Shown here: piece after piece, positions 1 through 11,740 of the stretch
How the letters are laid out: every line of letters begins with the position of its first letter
Position numbering within the stretch: the stretch's first letter is position 1
Assembly (NCBI GenBank): GCA_010093705.1
Contig: MU006103.1
Location: 310,001 to 374,000, forward strand
Source of the DNA: Patellaria atrata CBS 101060
Taxonomy: Eukaryota
DNA: 64,000 nt
Direction: 5' to 3'
The notes under the pieces: model-generated
The model's database searches: none
Seen by the model: the letters and a program-made list of their open reading frames with translations, nothing else
What the model was told of the DNA's origin: nothing
Made by a program: the position numbers and the translations under genes

Positions 1-361
1 CCAAAATCGCAAGAATGGTCTCACTGCTGAGCTACGGGACCCACTCCAAGCTCTTCTTCAACAGGCACGCGCCTTGATTACAACTCGGGCGAATTCGTAC
101 ATTCCTAAGGAGCTTACCATCGAACTCTTCTGTGGTGACATTATCTTCGATCCGCACCTTCATACCGTGCATGGAAATTTCGAACTTGGACGTCTGGTAT
201 CCTATGATCAATGGCCAGCATCCGCGGAACCATCCCGCAAGGGACCGTATGGTTCTACCGGTCTTTACGGTAAGGACGACGAAGAAGTTGTCTTCGAGCG
301 CGTCCACGAGGACGAATTCCTCAACGGTATGCGTAAAAACTGGGTGTCAATCTTTTCTTGA
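1..361 (+). CDS. 3' end of a gene truncated by the window edge (hypothetical protein)
   Basis: Frame is open from position 2 (QNRKNGLTAELRDPLQALLQQARALITTRANSY...) to TGA at 359-361, with coding-like codon usage. Family not recognised. Confidence 0.5.
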   Translation, partial: QNRKNGLTAELRDPLQALLQQARALITTRANSYIPKELTIELFCGDIIFDPHLHTVHGNFELGRLVSYDQWPASAEPSRKGPYGSTGLYGKDDEEVVFERVHEDEFLNGMRKNWVSIFS

Positions 362-1829
362 AGAATTTATGATACCCCTTAACCAACATTTTGTGGCGTT
401 ATTTGGATCCAAAAGCATGTGGCTACTGGGATCGTTATCTTTGTCTAAAATCTGCTGATTAAAAAAAAGGGTTTAACGGGACATGAATCACGAATCTCCT
501 TGTTCCTTCACCTAAATACCACATTTCCGACACGGCCATAGTGTGGGCTTGTCTTTCAACGAATTTCCAGGGCATGGGATGGATCCGGCGTTTATCTCTT
601 GGGGTTTCAAACCCTATTATCAGCTGCACCGGTATTGTTGTCGATTTTCTTCTCTTTGGAGTTTCTCTGCTATGTAAATAATCTACCAAAAGGAATTGAG
701 GGCGGAGTTATTAGCAGTCAGTAGGATACTGCAAGCAGCTCCCTCATGGCCTAGGGTTAGGCTCACACCATTCTAGCAGTTGAATGGTAATCAATGTAAT
801 CATAATCCATATCTACCTCTCTTGAGTGAGTTATGTGCTTTGCTGTTTCCATGTTTTTCCCCCCCACGCCCCCCTCTTGACCCTCTTTCCATCAAAGATA
901 AACAGTTGCTATTTTGGTAGCGGCCCAAGAGAAAGGGACACGCCAGTTATCGGGCCAAAGTATATCAGAGGCCTGATTTGGCCACTTTCTACTTTCTAAA
1001 ACTTTCAAATTAAGGTACGGAGCGGGCGCATGCATCGTTGGCTTAGAAGCTCAACGGACATGGAGGGGTGGTGGGAGGTTTGATAAAGAGGGCGTGAAAT
1101 TTATTGGAACTAGAGCTAGATGTAGATATCGTGGTAGGTTATAGTGCTTGCCAATGCCTTGTATACTACATGCAGCTCGATCTCGGAGTCAAGCTGTAAT
1201 TCACGTGGGCGCAGCAAATCACAACTTGCATGCCCCATGCTACACCACCACCGCGATCGAACACATTGATGGACAATAGACAGGGCTTCGTAAATCGCAA
1301 TAATACGATTACACACGGCTCGGGCGTTGAGAAAGACCGATTTCGTACGGCGCTTTCTCAGCAGTGTTTATTTTGATGGTAAATCAAGTGCGGAATAGCT
1401 CCAGTATAGAGATTTCGTAAGGTATTGGTGTTGTCAAAGTCGGAATATGTGAATTTGTAAGGATTTGTTAAGCACCCTGGCATCACGCACGTTGCGGCGC
1501 ATCTCTGCGGTACATCTGCACGCGGGGGATACACCTTTCCTAGTATGGCTAAATGTGGGGCTCCGAGGATGCATAGAGGCCAAAGATGGACATCGGATGA
1601 ATGTCGCGATGATATCAATGCCGGAGTGCTGCTACATACACTTCACCTAGAACTCGACCAGCTCTTATCAAGGAGGAGGGGTAGAGGGAGCTATATATGG
1701 CTTTGTTCTCCCCTCCCTCAATTGCTTTCCCTTGTTGTCTTCATAGTGTCCTCACATCAATTGATCAGGTCTTCTTATTTTCTTAAATCACTTCAGTCAT
1801 AAAAGCATTCAGTATCTCGAACAGACAAA

Positions 1830-2846
1830 ATGGCCCCGAAAATCGCCATCGTTTATGTATGTTGCTTTCTAGCTTCAACTGGTCCAGTCATTTTCCTCCG
1901 CATACTCTTTTTGCTCTTGTAGAGCATGGGGCGTACCTTGGAACCACTGGTTCAGACTACTCAATTGGTTCAAACAGTGCTGATTGGGTTCCTTAGTACT
2001 CCATGTATGGCCATGTAGCCACATTGGCCCAAGCAGAGAAGAAGGGCATCGAGGAGGCTGGTGGAACTGTTGATCTGTTCCAGTATGTATCTCCATATCA
2101 CTTCCTACATACACAATTACTACCCCTATTATCCCACAAACCCTCTATCTCAACCCAGCCTTTTGCTCTCCATACCACCATTTGATCGATCATATGAATT
2201 ATTTTCTAAACCTCTCTCATGATCAAGAAAAAATCCGGCCCTTTCTCACTAATCTCGGGCTCAAACGACTAACATACTTTCTATAGAGTCGCCGAGACCC
2301 TCCCAGATGAAGTCCTAGCAAAGATGCACGCTCCCCCGAAAGATCCCAACATCAAGACCCTCACAGACCCCGCCCAAATCGAAGAATACGACGCCTTCCT
2401 TTTCGGGATCCCGACCCGTTACGGCAACTTCTCCGCCCAGTTCAAGACCTTCTGGGACAGAACCGGCGGACAGTGGCAAAAGGGCTCCTACTGGGGTAAG
2501 TACGCCGGTTTGTTCATCAGCACCGGTACCTTGGGCGGTGGTCAAGAGAGCACCGCCATCGCCGCCATGAGCACTTTGGCCCATCATGGCTTCATTTACG
2601 TGCCGTTGGGGTACAAGAACACTTTTGCCATCCTTGCGGATGTGTCTGAGGTCAGGGGTGGTTCGCCGTGGGGCGCGGGTACTTTCTCGGTATGAATTCG
2701 TTTGGGAGTCGGTGGGGTTTGCGGTATGCTGATTTATTTTCGTTCAGGCTGCTGATGGGTCACGCCAGCCAAGTGAGAAGGAGCTTGAGCTTGCTAGAAT
2801 TCAGGGCAAGTGTTTCTACGAGACTGTCAGTAAGGTCAACTTTTGA
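1830..2846 (+). CDS. Flavodoxin-like NAD(P)H:quinone oxidoreductase (WrbA/Pst2/Ycp4 family, Alt a 7-like), 204 aa, 4 exons
   Basis: Exons 1830-1856, 1997-2082, 2287-2689, 2748-2846, all introns GT-AG. Protein [16 protein letters not shown]...[15 protein letters not shown]...[12 protein letters not shown]...[24 protein letters not shown] carries the diagnostic WrbA motifs. Confidence 0.95.
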
Positions 2847-3017
2847 CTAGATACTGGGCCGGCGAAGGAAGTCAGGGCTCAGAAGAATGCTGAGGACGGG
2901 GCTCATCTGAGGACTGTGAAGGAAGAGCGAGCGTCTGGTGAGAATGAAGAGGAGGAGAAGAAGAAGAAGGATAAAGAGGGTTTCTGTGGGTTACCTAGTA
3001 AGTGTATCGTACTATGA
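2844..3017 (+). other. Putative stop-codon readthrough extension (TGA CTA G) encoding a C-terminal CaaX tail
   Basis: TGA 2844-2846 is followed by CTAG and 56 sense codons to TGA 3015-3017, ending KKKKDKEGFCGLPSKCIVL. Confidence 0.7.
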
Positions 3018-4581
3018 AGGTAGTAAATATAGAGGAAAAAGAAGAAAGTACATTTACTGAACCCTGGGTTCGCTTGTCAAATCTGGTTATTACTGATGTC
3101 CACCGCCTGGGGTAATCGTTTAGCCTCTAGCCCTCAGATATCCTCCTGGAGCATTTTCGAATTCTCAAATCACTGTACGTGTACCCTAGATGCACTTACC
3201 ATCTCCATTGTCGGGATGAGTCGACTATTTTCTAGTAGATGAATGCGCGTATAGCTGGAACCATAACTTACAGTCTATCTATTTGTACAATCCACATCTC
3301 CCGTACAATTATGATCGATTATACCCCACTCCCTCCGTAGACTCGGCCGCTTTCAGCTTCCACGCACATTATCGTCATTAGACGTGTTCGTGTGGGATGC
3401 AGGAAGTCAGGAAAGGGACTCAGGAGTCTAATCTTGAATGTTGCGATTTGGAACAAGATGTGTTGGAGAAAGGTAAGGTAGTTTCCACCTCAGTTCTACT
3501 GACCGCAACCATGCACTCAACCTTACCCAACCCAGCCTCCAGTAACTAATCAATTCGACCTCCAAAAAACAAAAGGTCGATCACACTAGATAGAACACTA
3601 AGCAACGAAACTAAAATTGTACCAAAAAAAAAAAAGAAAACGATGAAGCAAAAAATCGAACCCAGGCCACTTAGCTCATATGAGCTATATGTGCGACAGC
3701 ACTGCAGGTAGACGAGGTACCTGCCTACTCGGCCACACGACCCCGGGTTGGATGAGGGAGGAGGAAGTTCGAGGCGCTTATGATTTGGTTGCTGAGAATG
3801 GGGTATTGGGTGTTTGTATTTCCACCTTCGAGTGTCCCGAACCCAAAAAAAGGGGGGAGGGTGGGTTTTATGCCGTCTCCCACACACCACCCGGCTGTCC
3901 TGACACTGGACACGCTCAGTCCACCCTCCTTGCCGTCCGAAATCTCTCTATCCAAACCACGCTTTCCTGCAACTTCTTTGCACCATTCTCCACGCAAACC
4001 CCTAGATCCAGCTCCACAAAACCAGATGGACGTGTGACCGGGTCAGCCGCGCTCAAACGATTAGGACTTGCGTCGTTCATGTACAGTACCTAACGAAGCA
4101 CGTGAGACCTGGCCCGGCGATTCCAGTCATCTGCGTAGACTTGCGCACCGGGCTCCAAGCACGGATGAAGAACGAACCCCTCATTCCTCTTCCCTCGTTT
4201 CCAGCGGTTCGTGGTGAGTTCCTAAGGGTATGTTCAGGCGTTTTCGCATCTACCTTCCCTCTTCCATCTTCTTTTGTTCTTTTCTCGTGGGAAGGGAGGA
4301 GGATGGGTAGCTGTCCATCCGGTTATCTAGTTTGCTCTATCGAACTCATCTCCTTACTAGTATCACACATGGATAACATCGCGGCAAACATCCATTTACC
4401 ATCTCCACCATCCCCATCCCTACCCTGCCCCCCACAAAAAAAAATCTCCCCCATGTCCCCGTGTAAAGTGTACCGGAGTACCACCGACTTGGAAACTCAG
4501 ATAAGGGCGAGGTATACGGCCGATAGCGGATAGTAGACGACTATCGTATAAACTGTTAATTCACTATGCTCAAACATAAGA

Positions 4582-4691
4582 NNNNNNNNNNNNNNNNNNN
4601 NNNNNNNNNNNNNNNNNNNNNNNNNNNNNNNNNNNNNNNNNNNNNNNNNNNNNNNNNNNNNNNNNNNNNNNNNNNNNNNNNNNNNNNNNNN
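4582..4691. other. Assembly gap (110 N) abutting a poly-G run
   Basis: N run followed directly by GGGGGGGGG and a G/A-rich tract. Confidence 0.99.
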
Positions 4692-5001
4692 GGGGGGGGG
4701 CTGAGGGGTGTGCTGGATGGGGCATGGGTTGTATGAGGGGAGGGGAGGAGTTAGGGAGGAGTGGAGAGAGAGTAAACGGGAGAAATGGATCATACGGGAG
4801 AAACCAAGTATATGATACAGCTTTGTAGGGGATGAACTGCGGTGGACTAAAGCAAGTAACTAACTTGGCAGTAAGATAAGTGAACTTGATGAGGAAGAGG
4901 GAACGGTGTAAAGAGTCGAGTCTGAAGTGCTGAGTGAGGGGATGGTGGGGAAATTGCTGACTCTTTGGAAGGAGTGAATCATAGAATCGATCAAAGTGGA
5001 T

Positions 5002-5050
5002 GGGAGATGTGGACTGTACGGGAGATGTGGATTGTACGGGAGACGTGGAC
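5002..5050. repeat. Short tandem repeat, 18-bp unit GGGAGATGTGGACTGTAC, about 2.7 copies
   Basis: Units at 5002-5019, 5020-5037 and partial 5038-5050. Confidence 0.85.
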
Positions 5051-8000
5051 ATCTCGTGCGATCAATTGACCTCGTTCTCAACAAAGTCCCCTATTGCGGG
5101 AATAGAACTGCCTCTTTCTGTCATAAGTACAGCTTAACGGGGTGATGGAATAGGTGGGTCATCTAGGTTAATTCTTCTGCTGATAGCGCTGAGTGTGTAT
5201 AATTGATCTGGACTGATTCAGGGTTGGGTTTGGGCCAAGTGGGTGCTGTAAGGTGGAAGATAAGAGGTATAGAAAAGAGTCTTGCCGTCGTGGGATACGG
5301 AGGATCAGAGGGGGTTAAGATGTTGGCTGGGAGTCTTAAACGTTAGAGATCTGATGAATATCTATAGGTGTATCGGTGTGAAGGGTAGAATGGTGCCCAA
5401 AAACTAGATGTGACAATGTGGAATGAGGTGATGGAGTTGAACGTATAATGCTGTGCTTGTCTATTTATCCGATTAAGAGGACTATTATAATTGAGAAGAT
5501 GTTCTGAAGTATTTCAAGTAGCGTAGTACTAAAACGTATTTGCGTGAGCCACCCTAAAGGTCTGCTTGTATCCAAGATTCAAAAGGCAGGCAATGATGAT
5601 CCATACTCTCTTTCCTCATGTCTATATTCAAACCGCTTCATACTAAACGAGGTTTGAGATACCACTTATCTTGTTATTTTAAAGGGTGGACATACTACAT
5701 TGCCAAACTCCAACGTATCGAGCAGACTTTCTTGATTCGGCTTTACTCGCGACTTTAACATCCGTTGGGACACAAGAGACGTATGAAACTATACATAGTA
5801 CCAAGATCAGCTTGGAGGTATGGCGGCGTACATCTGTCCGCATTAAATCCTCTAGGAGCGAAGTGTATGGTACCAGTTCAGGTCACCGAAAAAGACATCA
5901 GTTTAGTTCGATGAGATAATTGTTGGACAGTAACAGTATAAGGATCGTGATGGACAAACTACAAGTACTATAGGTATCATCTGGTTAAAAGGACTCTGCA
6001 GCTTCGCCTACAAAAAAAGTGAGTTTGGTCGGGGAAACACTCTCAGAAATGATCCTACAGCTCGGGGGAAAAGCGAGATTGGGGCGGTTTCCGCGAGGAA
6101 CTGATGGCGCTGCATCCGATGGGCTATTAGGTTTCTCAACAAGACAGAACCTGACCGCTGGTAGTGACCCTTTCTGAAGTTGTCTGCAAGACGTGCATAT
6201 TCGGTTGTTCACATGGCTTTTTCTAGATAATGAAGATCGCCCACCTCAATAGGAAAAGAAGCTGTTTTTCAAAATATATTGAGTAAAAGTACCGGATATA
6301 GATGAGGCATTCGATAAACACAACTATCTTCTGCGCCCCTCACATGGATTGCCGGTGTCCATGCATACTTGAGAGCCAGACCGAGGACAAAAGGCAGAAC
6401 CAAGACTGGAATTGTGATTGATATGGCAACTGTGCATAGATGAAGCAAAAGATCAACGTATAGGAATATCTTCCAGTTACACAGCACTACTAGTACAAAA
6501 TTGAGTGTGAGTGCATTCTTGTAGGCCAGTAGCCGCAGTTCAAAGTCGGTCGCCTAAAGACCGCAGCTGTTAGCGATACCGTGACCTGCAATCCAACTGC
6601 TTGAGGCGCAGAAGGGGAAAATGAATGAAGAAAGAATAATAACCAAAACGAGAGAGAGCCGCGAATAGATGGAGAGTTGAAAATCATCTCATTTACTGTA
6701 TCTTGATCTATCCTTTTCAACATACATTCAAAAACGGCAGTTATACCAAGTGCTCCTGTAGAACTATGTGACCACGTCAAAAGTGTCAAAGTACGCGGTT
6801 AGGAACATCATCACCTACGCGTCTCCTCAACGGTTGTATCCATTTAGAACATAGTTACCGTTCCTTTGACTACCGATGCCCGGGTTAAGGATTTTGAACG
6901 ATTGGAGAAATGCTGATCGAACTGTTCTTCATCAGCAGGAACACGCCAGCCCTACTATACACCTGCTTGGCAACATAACCCTACCCTTTGTATGATTTCG
7001 CTACCTTACAAGGTTATGAGAAAGCCACGCCACGCAAGCAATACGTAATTTAAGCTTGAATCTTCGCTTTCCCAAAAAGCAAATGCGATGGATAATATAA
7101 TAAGAGTTGAAGTGGGACGTAAGTGAGTTTATCCTCCTGATAGCGACTTCTGAGATTGCGTCACCAGAAGTTCGAGGGGATTAAGGATCACAAATCGTGA
7201 TATTGTAAGATACGGAATAGAAGACACCTCACAGATGATCAACGCCACAGTATTGCGGCTGGATCGGGACCTCGGTGACTTCGCTTACTGTATACTGGTA
7301 AGCCGAAATTCACCAATATCATGTACAACCCTAGCTGCTTTCGTGCGTCAATAAGATATCCCTACTTGTATCAAGCGTTGGAGGATTCTTTCCCAGTAGA
7401 CTTTTAGTAGTAGTGCTATATGATATGTAAAGATGGCCCCAAAAGTACGAGGTACTTAGCTTGTACTCCGCAGTAGCTCTGCGGGCACCGCCGCGTTAGC
7501 CAGGGGGAGAAAGGGAAGAGTCATCAACTCCGTACGGAACTAATGATGAAGATGCCACATCTGTTCAAGTTGGTAAAGACAATTGGAGCAAATTAGCTCG
7601 AATATAGTCTTTATGCGCGGGATAAGTCGTGGTACAGGTGATGAATGAATGGATGCTCGGTAATGGCTGGATCGGACTTTGGTTTTGAAATGGACAAGAG
7701 ACGACAAGGAAGTCGGGTCAAGAGGAAGTTTACAATTGCTCCGTAGAGAGCGAGAGAAACGTTCTGGCGCCTGTGGAGGCCGGTAGTTCGGTGCAATGAG
7801 TGGTGACTCTGATGAAAGTACGTATCCTTCTGGCCCCCAACTTGGCGTCCGGTGAAACTGAAAAGGGAAAAGCGCTATTGCGACTGTCACTTTTGACACC
7901 GCCGCCCGCGCTGCTGAAAGGGCGTTGTCTGCTGCACTTTTGTGCTGGAAAAGGGCGGAGAGAGAATTCCTCCATCGTTCCATGAAACAGTTTGAATATC

Positions 8001-9035
8001 GAACGGTCGGGTGCAGATCAATTGCATGGCAATAAGGAAGTTGATTATGAATTACACTAACCATTCTCCTCAAGCATCTGGATGAAGCCGAATTGATGCA
8101 AGACGCCCTCCTTGGGCAGACTGATAATGATCTTTTGATGAGATGATGAAAGTAGGGTCGGCGTCGCTTTTGTGTCCTTTTGAGTATGAAGGCGAGCGGG
8201 CAGTGCTGATGAGATTGATTAGTTTTCTAACGGCAAGAACCCTTGTAGGAGGATTCTCATGAACACACGAACTCTTGATGACATGATCAAGGACAATATC
8301 CTCAGGGCAGGAGTAGTTAGTTGTTTGCCCTTGCCCTTGTTGGATATCGTGGGGCTTTGCGGACTGAGCCCCTATTGGATAACCGGCCAGGCAACAGCGA
8401 AACGCGACCCATGTACCCTTTCGAACCTCACTTCGCCATCACAGCCTCGAACCGTCAAAACCATCTCTCCATCCACCACCTCTTCCACTCCTCTACTCTA
8501 TACAACACAAACAAGGACAACTTTCGTCGACCTGCTTCGTCACCGTTGCAATTTCTGTCTCACCGTTTACCATACGACCTAATTAAGGGTCATTAAACTC
8601 TCTAATTCCCCCAAATCTATTAGCAGCGGGGGAGGGTCTAACACTGCCCTCTTATACTGATCACGACCCAAGTACGCCCTCCTCACCATTCTTCTGATCC
8701 ATTCTGCCGCCTTGTCGCTTTATCATCTTCATTTTGATCAAATCTTTTTGGAAACTCGCCGCTTCTCAATCTGGACCTCGACATCTCACCTCTGTATCTC
8801 TCATGAGACCCTGATTACCGATCCTCTTCAAGACGCAAACCTCCCTTAGGTCCATTGATTGTTTGGTCCAGGTCATTGGTCACGAAGGCGTCTTGGATGA
8901 CCAGTTTCTAATCAAGTGTCGGGAGAGATCAGACGAAACATCCCGACCTTAACTCTTCGAACGCCGAGTCCGTATCTTCGCTGCTGCCGAAACTGGATAT
9001 ACACTATCACTTTGATCAGTCCGGTCATAATTTGG

Positions 9036-9110
9036 GTGAGTCACATCCCGGCCAGTGCTGGACCACTCTGCTGGAATAGAAGCTAATCGTCTGGTTGCTC
9101 GCCCTCCCAG
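9036..9110 (+). other. 5'-UTR intron of the ACE1/SltA gene
   Basis: GTGAGT donor at 9036, GCTAAT branch site at about 9082, CAG acceptor at 9110, 29 nt before the ATG. Confidence 0.65.
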
Positions 9111-9139
9111 ATCCCACATAAACTCGAGTCCTCCCGACC

Positions 9140-11740
9140 ATGTCTTTCACTCAGACTCATCCCCGCCGTCGCCCTCAAAAGCCATCCACCTCCCCCACAG
9201 CATCACCGTCCCTACCTACTCGCGACTTCAACCTTCGTAAGGGGAACACATTCCATAACCCCACAAACGTGTCGACAGATCTATGTGATCCCCTCACCGA
9301 CACTGCATACATGCCCAGGCGATCACCAACCTGCCCAAAGTCATTGGAAGACTTACTCACCGACGCCAGCGAGCGACGTGTGACTAGCTTCCTGAAAGAC
9401 TTCGACAAGACCTTCAACAGACTGCCGTCGGACAAGAACACAAATATACTGAATGACCGAGAGGTCCTTCCTGTCCCCAGCTTCCTCCTTGACAACCACA
9501 CTGTCGCGGACCCTGATCCTATGGACATTGATGACAAGAAACGGATCGTAGAGGACCATCACCACCAATCAGACTCTGGCCTTGGCTCAAGCATTGGCGA
9601 ATCCCGGGAAGGTATAAATGTTGCTGCCTTGAGTCCTGATACTCTTGCTAACCCACTATCAGACGAGAACAGTGGTGTCCGTTCCCAATACTCACACCTC
9701 ACCTCTTCACAGTCCGCCATCACCAAATCATACTCTTCCCTAGGAAGTTCTGCAACATCAAACAAACTTGGACTAAGTGACCATGCTATCAAGCAAATAA
9801 GGAGACATATAATCAAGCCTATCCTCAAGGAAGAGGGTCTGAAAGAATTCCATCCTTTGATCCAGGACGTTCCCGCCCGTATCGGACAAAAGAATATACT
9901 AAATCTCCGTGATCTCGAAAAGACATTGATATTCCTAGCTCCTGTAAGTTCTGGTAACTGTGCTTCTGAGAGTGCACTTACTTATTCTATTTCGCTCCAA
10001 CTAAAGTCAATCTCTGCGACAACTGCTTCTTATCTCAACTTTTGCCGTTTATCGATCTACTGCATCCAATCGACAGTCCCGCATCTCAGCGAACGAGACC
10101 AGCGTCTGCCGACCGACCGACCCTACTCGACTAACTACTTCCTCGACCTTGTTGAACAGATTCGCCGATACGCAGCAATAATGGCTGCCACTAGAGAAAA
10201 AGAAGCTGCGGGAGAACCCCTAGATGACATGGACTACTCTCGGTATGTCTACCCAAACCTCAGTCTCCGGTATTCTTGGTTCAAAAGCCCGCGTTCATTA
10301 CACCTTGATGAGGCTATGAGTCACTTCACTTCACTTAGACCCCCAAGCCCTGTTCGCACTTTTACTTCACTTAAAACTCCGCCATCTGTCCGAACTTTCA
10401 CTTATACTTTGTCGAACAAACGATTCCTTCGCTTTGTCTTCCGAAACAAACGGCCACTTACATATATATATAGTGATGAGAAAATAATTCTTCGAGGTGG
10501 CCTCAGCCACAACGGCAAACCAATGCAACTTGTCCGTGAGAAGCGAGACGGCAAAGAAGTCACCATCGCTACCGACGGCGAGTTGGCGAAGATGACGACC
10601 AAGTTCTCGCCCAAGAGGGGCCACGAAGAGATTGACACCGACGACGATGTTGCCATGCGATCCATGGCTCGAAGACGCAAATCCGATAAGCCGGGAGATG
10701 TAATACACGTATGTCGCGACTGCAAGAAAGAATTCAAACGTCCCTGCGATCTCACTAAACACGAAAAGACACATTCTCGACCATGGAAGTGTTCTGACGT
10801 GAAGTGCAAGTACCACGACCTCGGATGGCCAACTGAGAAGGAAAGGGACCGTCATTTCAACGACAAGCACGCGTCTTCTGCACCTCAATATAAGTGCTTG
10901 TATGAGCCCTGCAACTATGCTTCGAAGCGCGAGTCGAACTGCAAACAGCACATGGAGAAAGCCCACGGCTGGGAGTACGTTAGGTCGAAGAGTAACGGTC
11001 GCAAGAAGGCAACTGGTCAAACCGCTACACCCCAAACTCCGTCTACGCCGCTCATTGCGACTCCTGCCTCCGCAATGATGCCTACTCCCGTAACCCCGTT
11101 CCTACCCTCTCCCTCGGTCCACGCTTATCCGGACTTTGATCTCGGTCGTTATGGTTATACTCCTGCTATGAGTGTAGCTGAATACAACAATGATTATCGT
11201 CGCGAGTCCATTACTACGGCTGGCAGTGCAATGACTTACTCATCTTCTCATTCGCCAGATCAACCAACATACCTTGAGGACGCAGTCACACCTGAAGAGA
11301 CCGATTTCAACCACAATGTTGATCTCGTCTTCGACCCTGACTATAGTCTCACTGCCAACTTTCAACAACCAACACCGGCCTTGAGCGCCAACCAAGACGG
11401 CCTTGTCGACTTCAATCAATTCCCCGTCAACACCAATTTCACCAACGATGTTGTCCCTCATCTATCCCCTACAGCACACCCGGATGTCACCCTTTTCTCC
11501 CCTCCAATGGGAAACCTTCCCGTTGACGAGACATTTGGTGACTTTATACCCGACTCGAATTATCGACCAACGAGCGATTTCACATTGTTCGATTCCTCCA
11601 GTAATACGCTTGGACTCACGAACGATAACCTCAACCTCTTCAATTGGAACAACATCGGTGGTCAGTTCGACCCCACCATGCAATTCCCAAACCTGGATCA
11701 TGATGATGACATGATGATGGGCATAAATGGTCAACACTGA
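9140..11740 (+). CDS. sltA: C2H2 zinc-finger transcription factor, ACE1/SltA(StzA) orthologue
   Basis: Three fingers (CRDCKKEFKRPCDLTKHEKTH, CSDVKCKYHDLGWPTEKERDRHFNDKH, CLYEPCNYASKRESNCKQHMEKAHGW) plus the LRKGNTFH and LRDLEKTLIFLAP family motifs. Probable introns 9612-9662, 9944-10006, 10243-10473. Confidence 0.93.
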   Translation: MSFTQTHPRRRPQKPSTSPTASPSLPTRDFNLRKGNTFHNPTNVSTDLCDPLTDTAYMPRRSPTCPKSLEDLLTDASERRVTSFLKDFDKTFNRLPSDKNTNILNDREVLPVPSFLLDNHTVADPDPMDIDDKKRIVEDHHHQSDSGLGSSIGESREGINVAALSPDTLANPLSDENSGVRSQYSHLTSSQSAITKSYSSLGSSATSNKLGLSDHAIKQIRRHIIKPILKEEGLKEFHPLIQDVPARIGQKNILNLRDLEKTLIFLAPVSSGNCASESALTYSISLQLKSISATTASYLNFCRLSIYCIQSTVPHLSERDQRLPTDRPYSTNYFLDLVEQIRRYAAIMAATREKEAAGEPLDDMDYSRYVYPNLSLRYSWFKSPRSLHLDEAMSHFTSLRPPSPVRTFTSLKTPPSVRTFTYTLSNKRFLRFVFRNKRPLTYIYSDEKIILRGGLSHNGKPMQLVREKRDGKEVTIATDGELAKMTTKFSPKRGHEEIDTDDDVAMRSMARRRKSDKPGDVIHVCRDCKKEFKRPCDLTKHEKTHSRPWKCSDVKCKYHDLGWPTEKERDRHFNDKHASSAPQYKCLYEPCNYASKRESNCKQHMEKAHGWEYVRSKSNGRKKATGQTATPQTPSTPLIATPASAMMPTPVTPFLPSPSVHAYPDFDLGRYGYTPAMSVAEYNNDYRRESITTAGSAMTYSSSHSPDQPTYLEDAVTPEETDFNHNVDLVFDPDYSLTANFQQPTPALSANQDGLVDFNQFPVNTNFTNDVVPHLSPTAHPDVTLFSPPMGNLPVDETFGDFIPDSNYRPTSDFTLFDSSSNTLGLTNDNLNLFNWNNIGGQFDPTMQFPNLDHDDDMMMGINGQH

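Noticed and set aside
2830..2850. GTAAGG...TTTGACTAG as a micro-intron that would remove the TGA in frame
   Set aside because: At 21 nt it is far below the usual fungal spliceosomal minimum. Readthrough is the simpler explanation, though RNA-seq should confirm.
3546..4533. Several overlapping 85-143 aa ORFs before the gap
   Set aside because: No recognisable domain or codon bias, and they overlap homopolymer and low-complexity DNA.
5686..8596. Short ORFs upstream of sltA
   Set aside because: No homology cues or consistent exon chain. Treated as regulatory or intergenic DNA.
8570..8600. CATACGACC resembling the 5' end of fungal 5S rRNA
   Set aside because: The downstream sequence does not continue as 5S rRNA.
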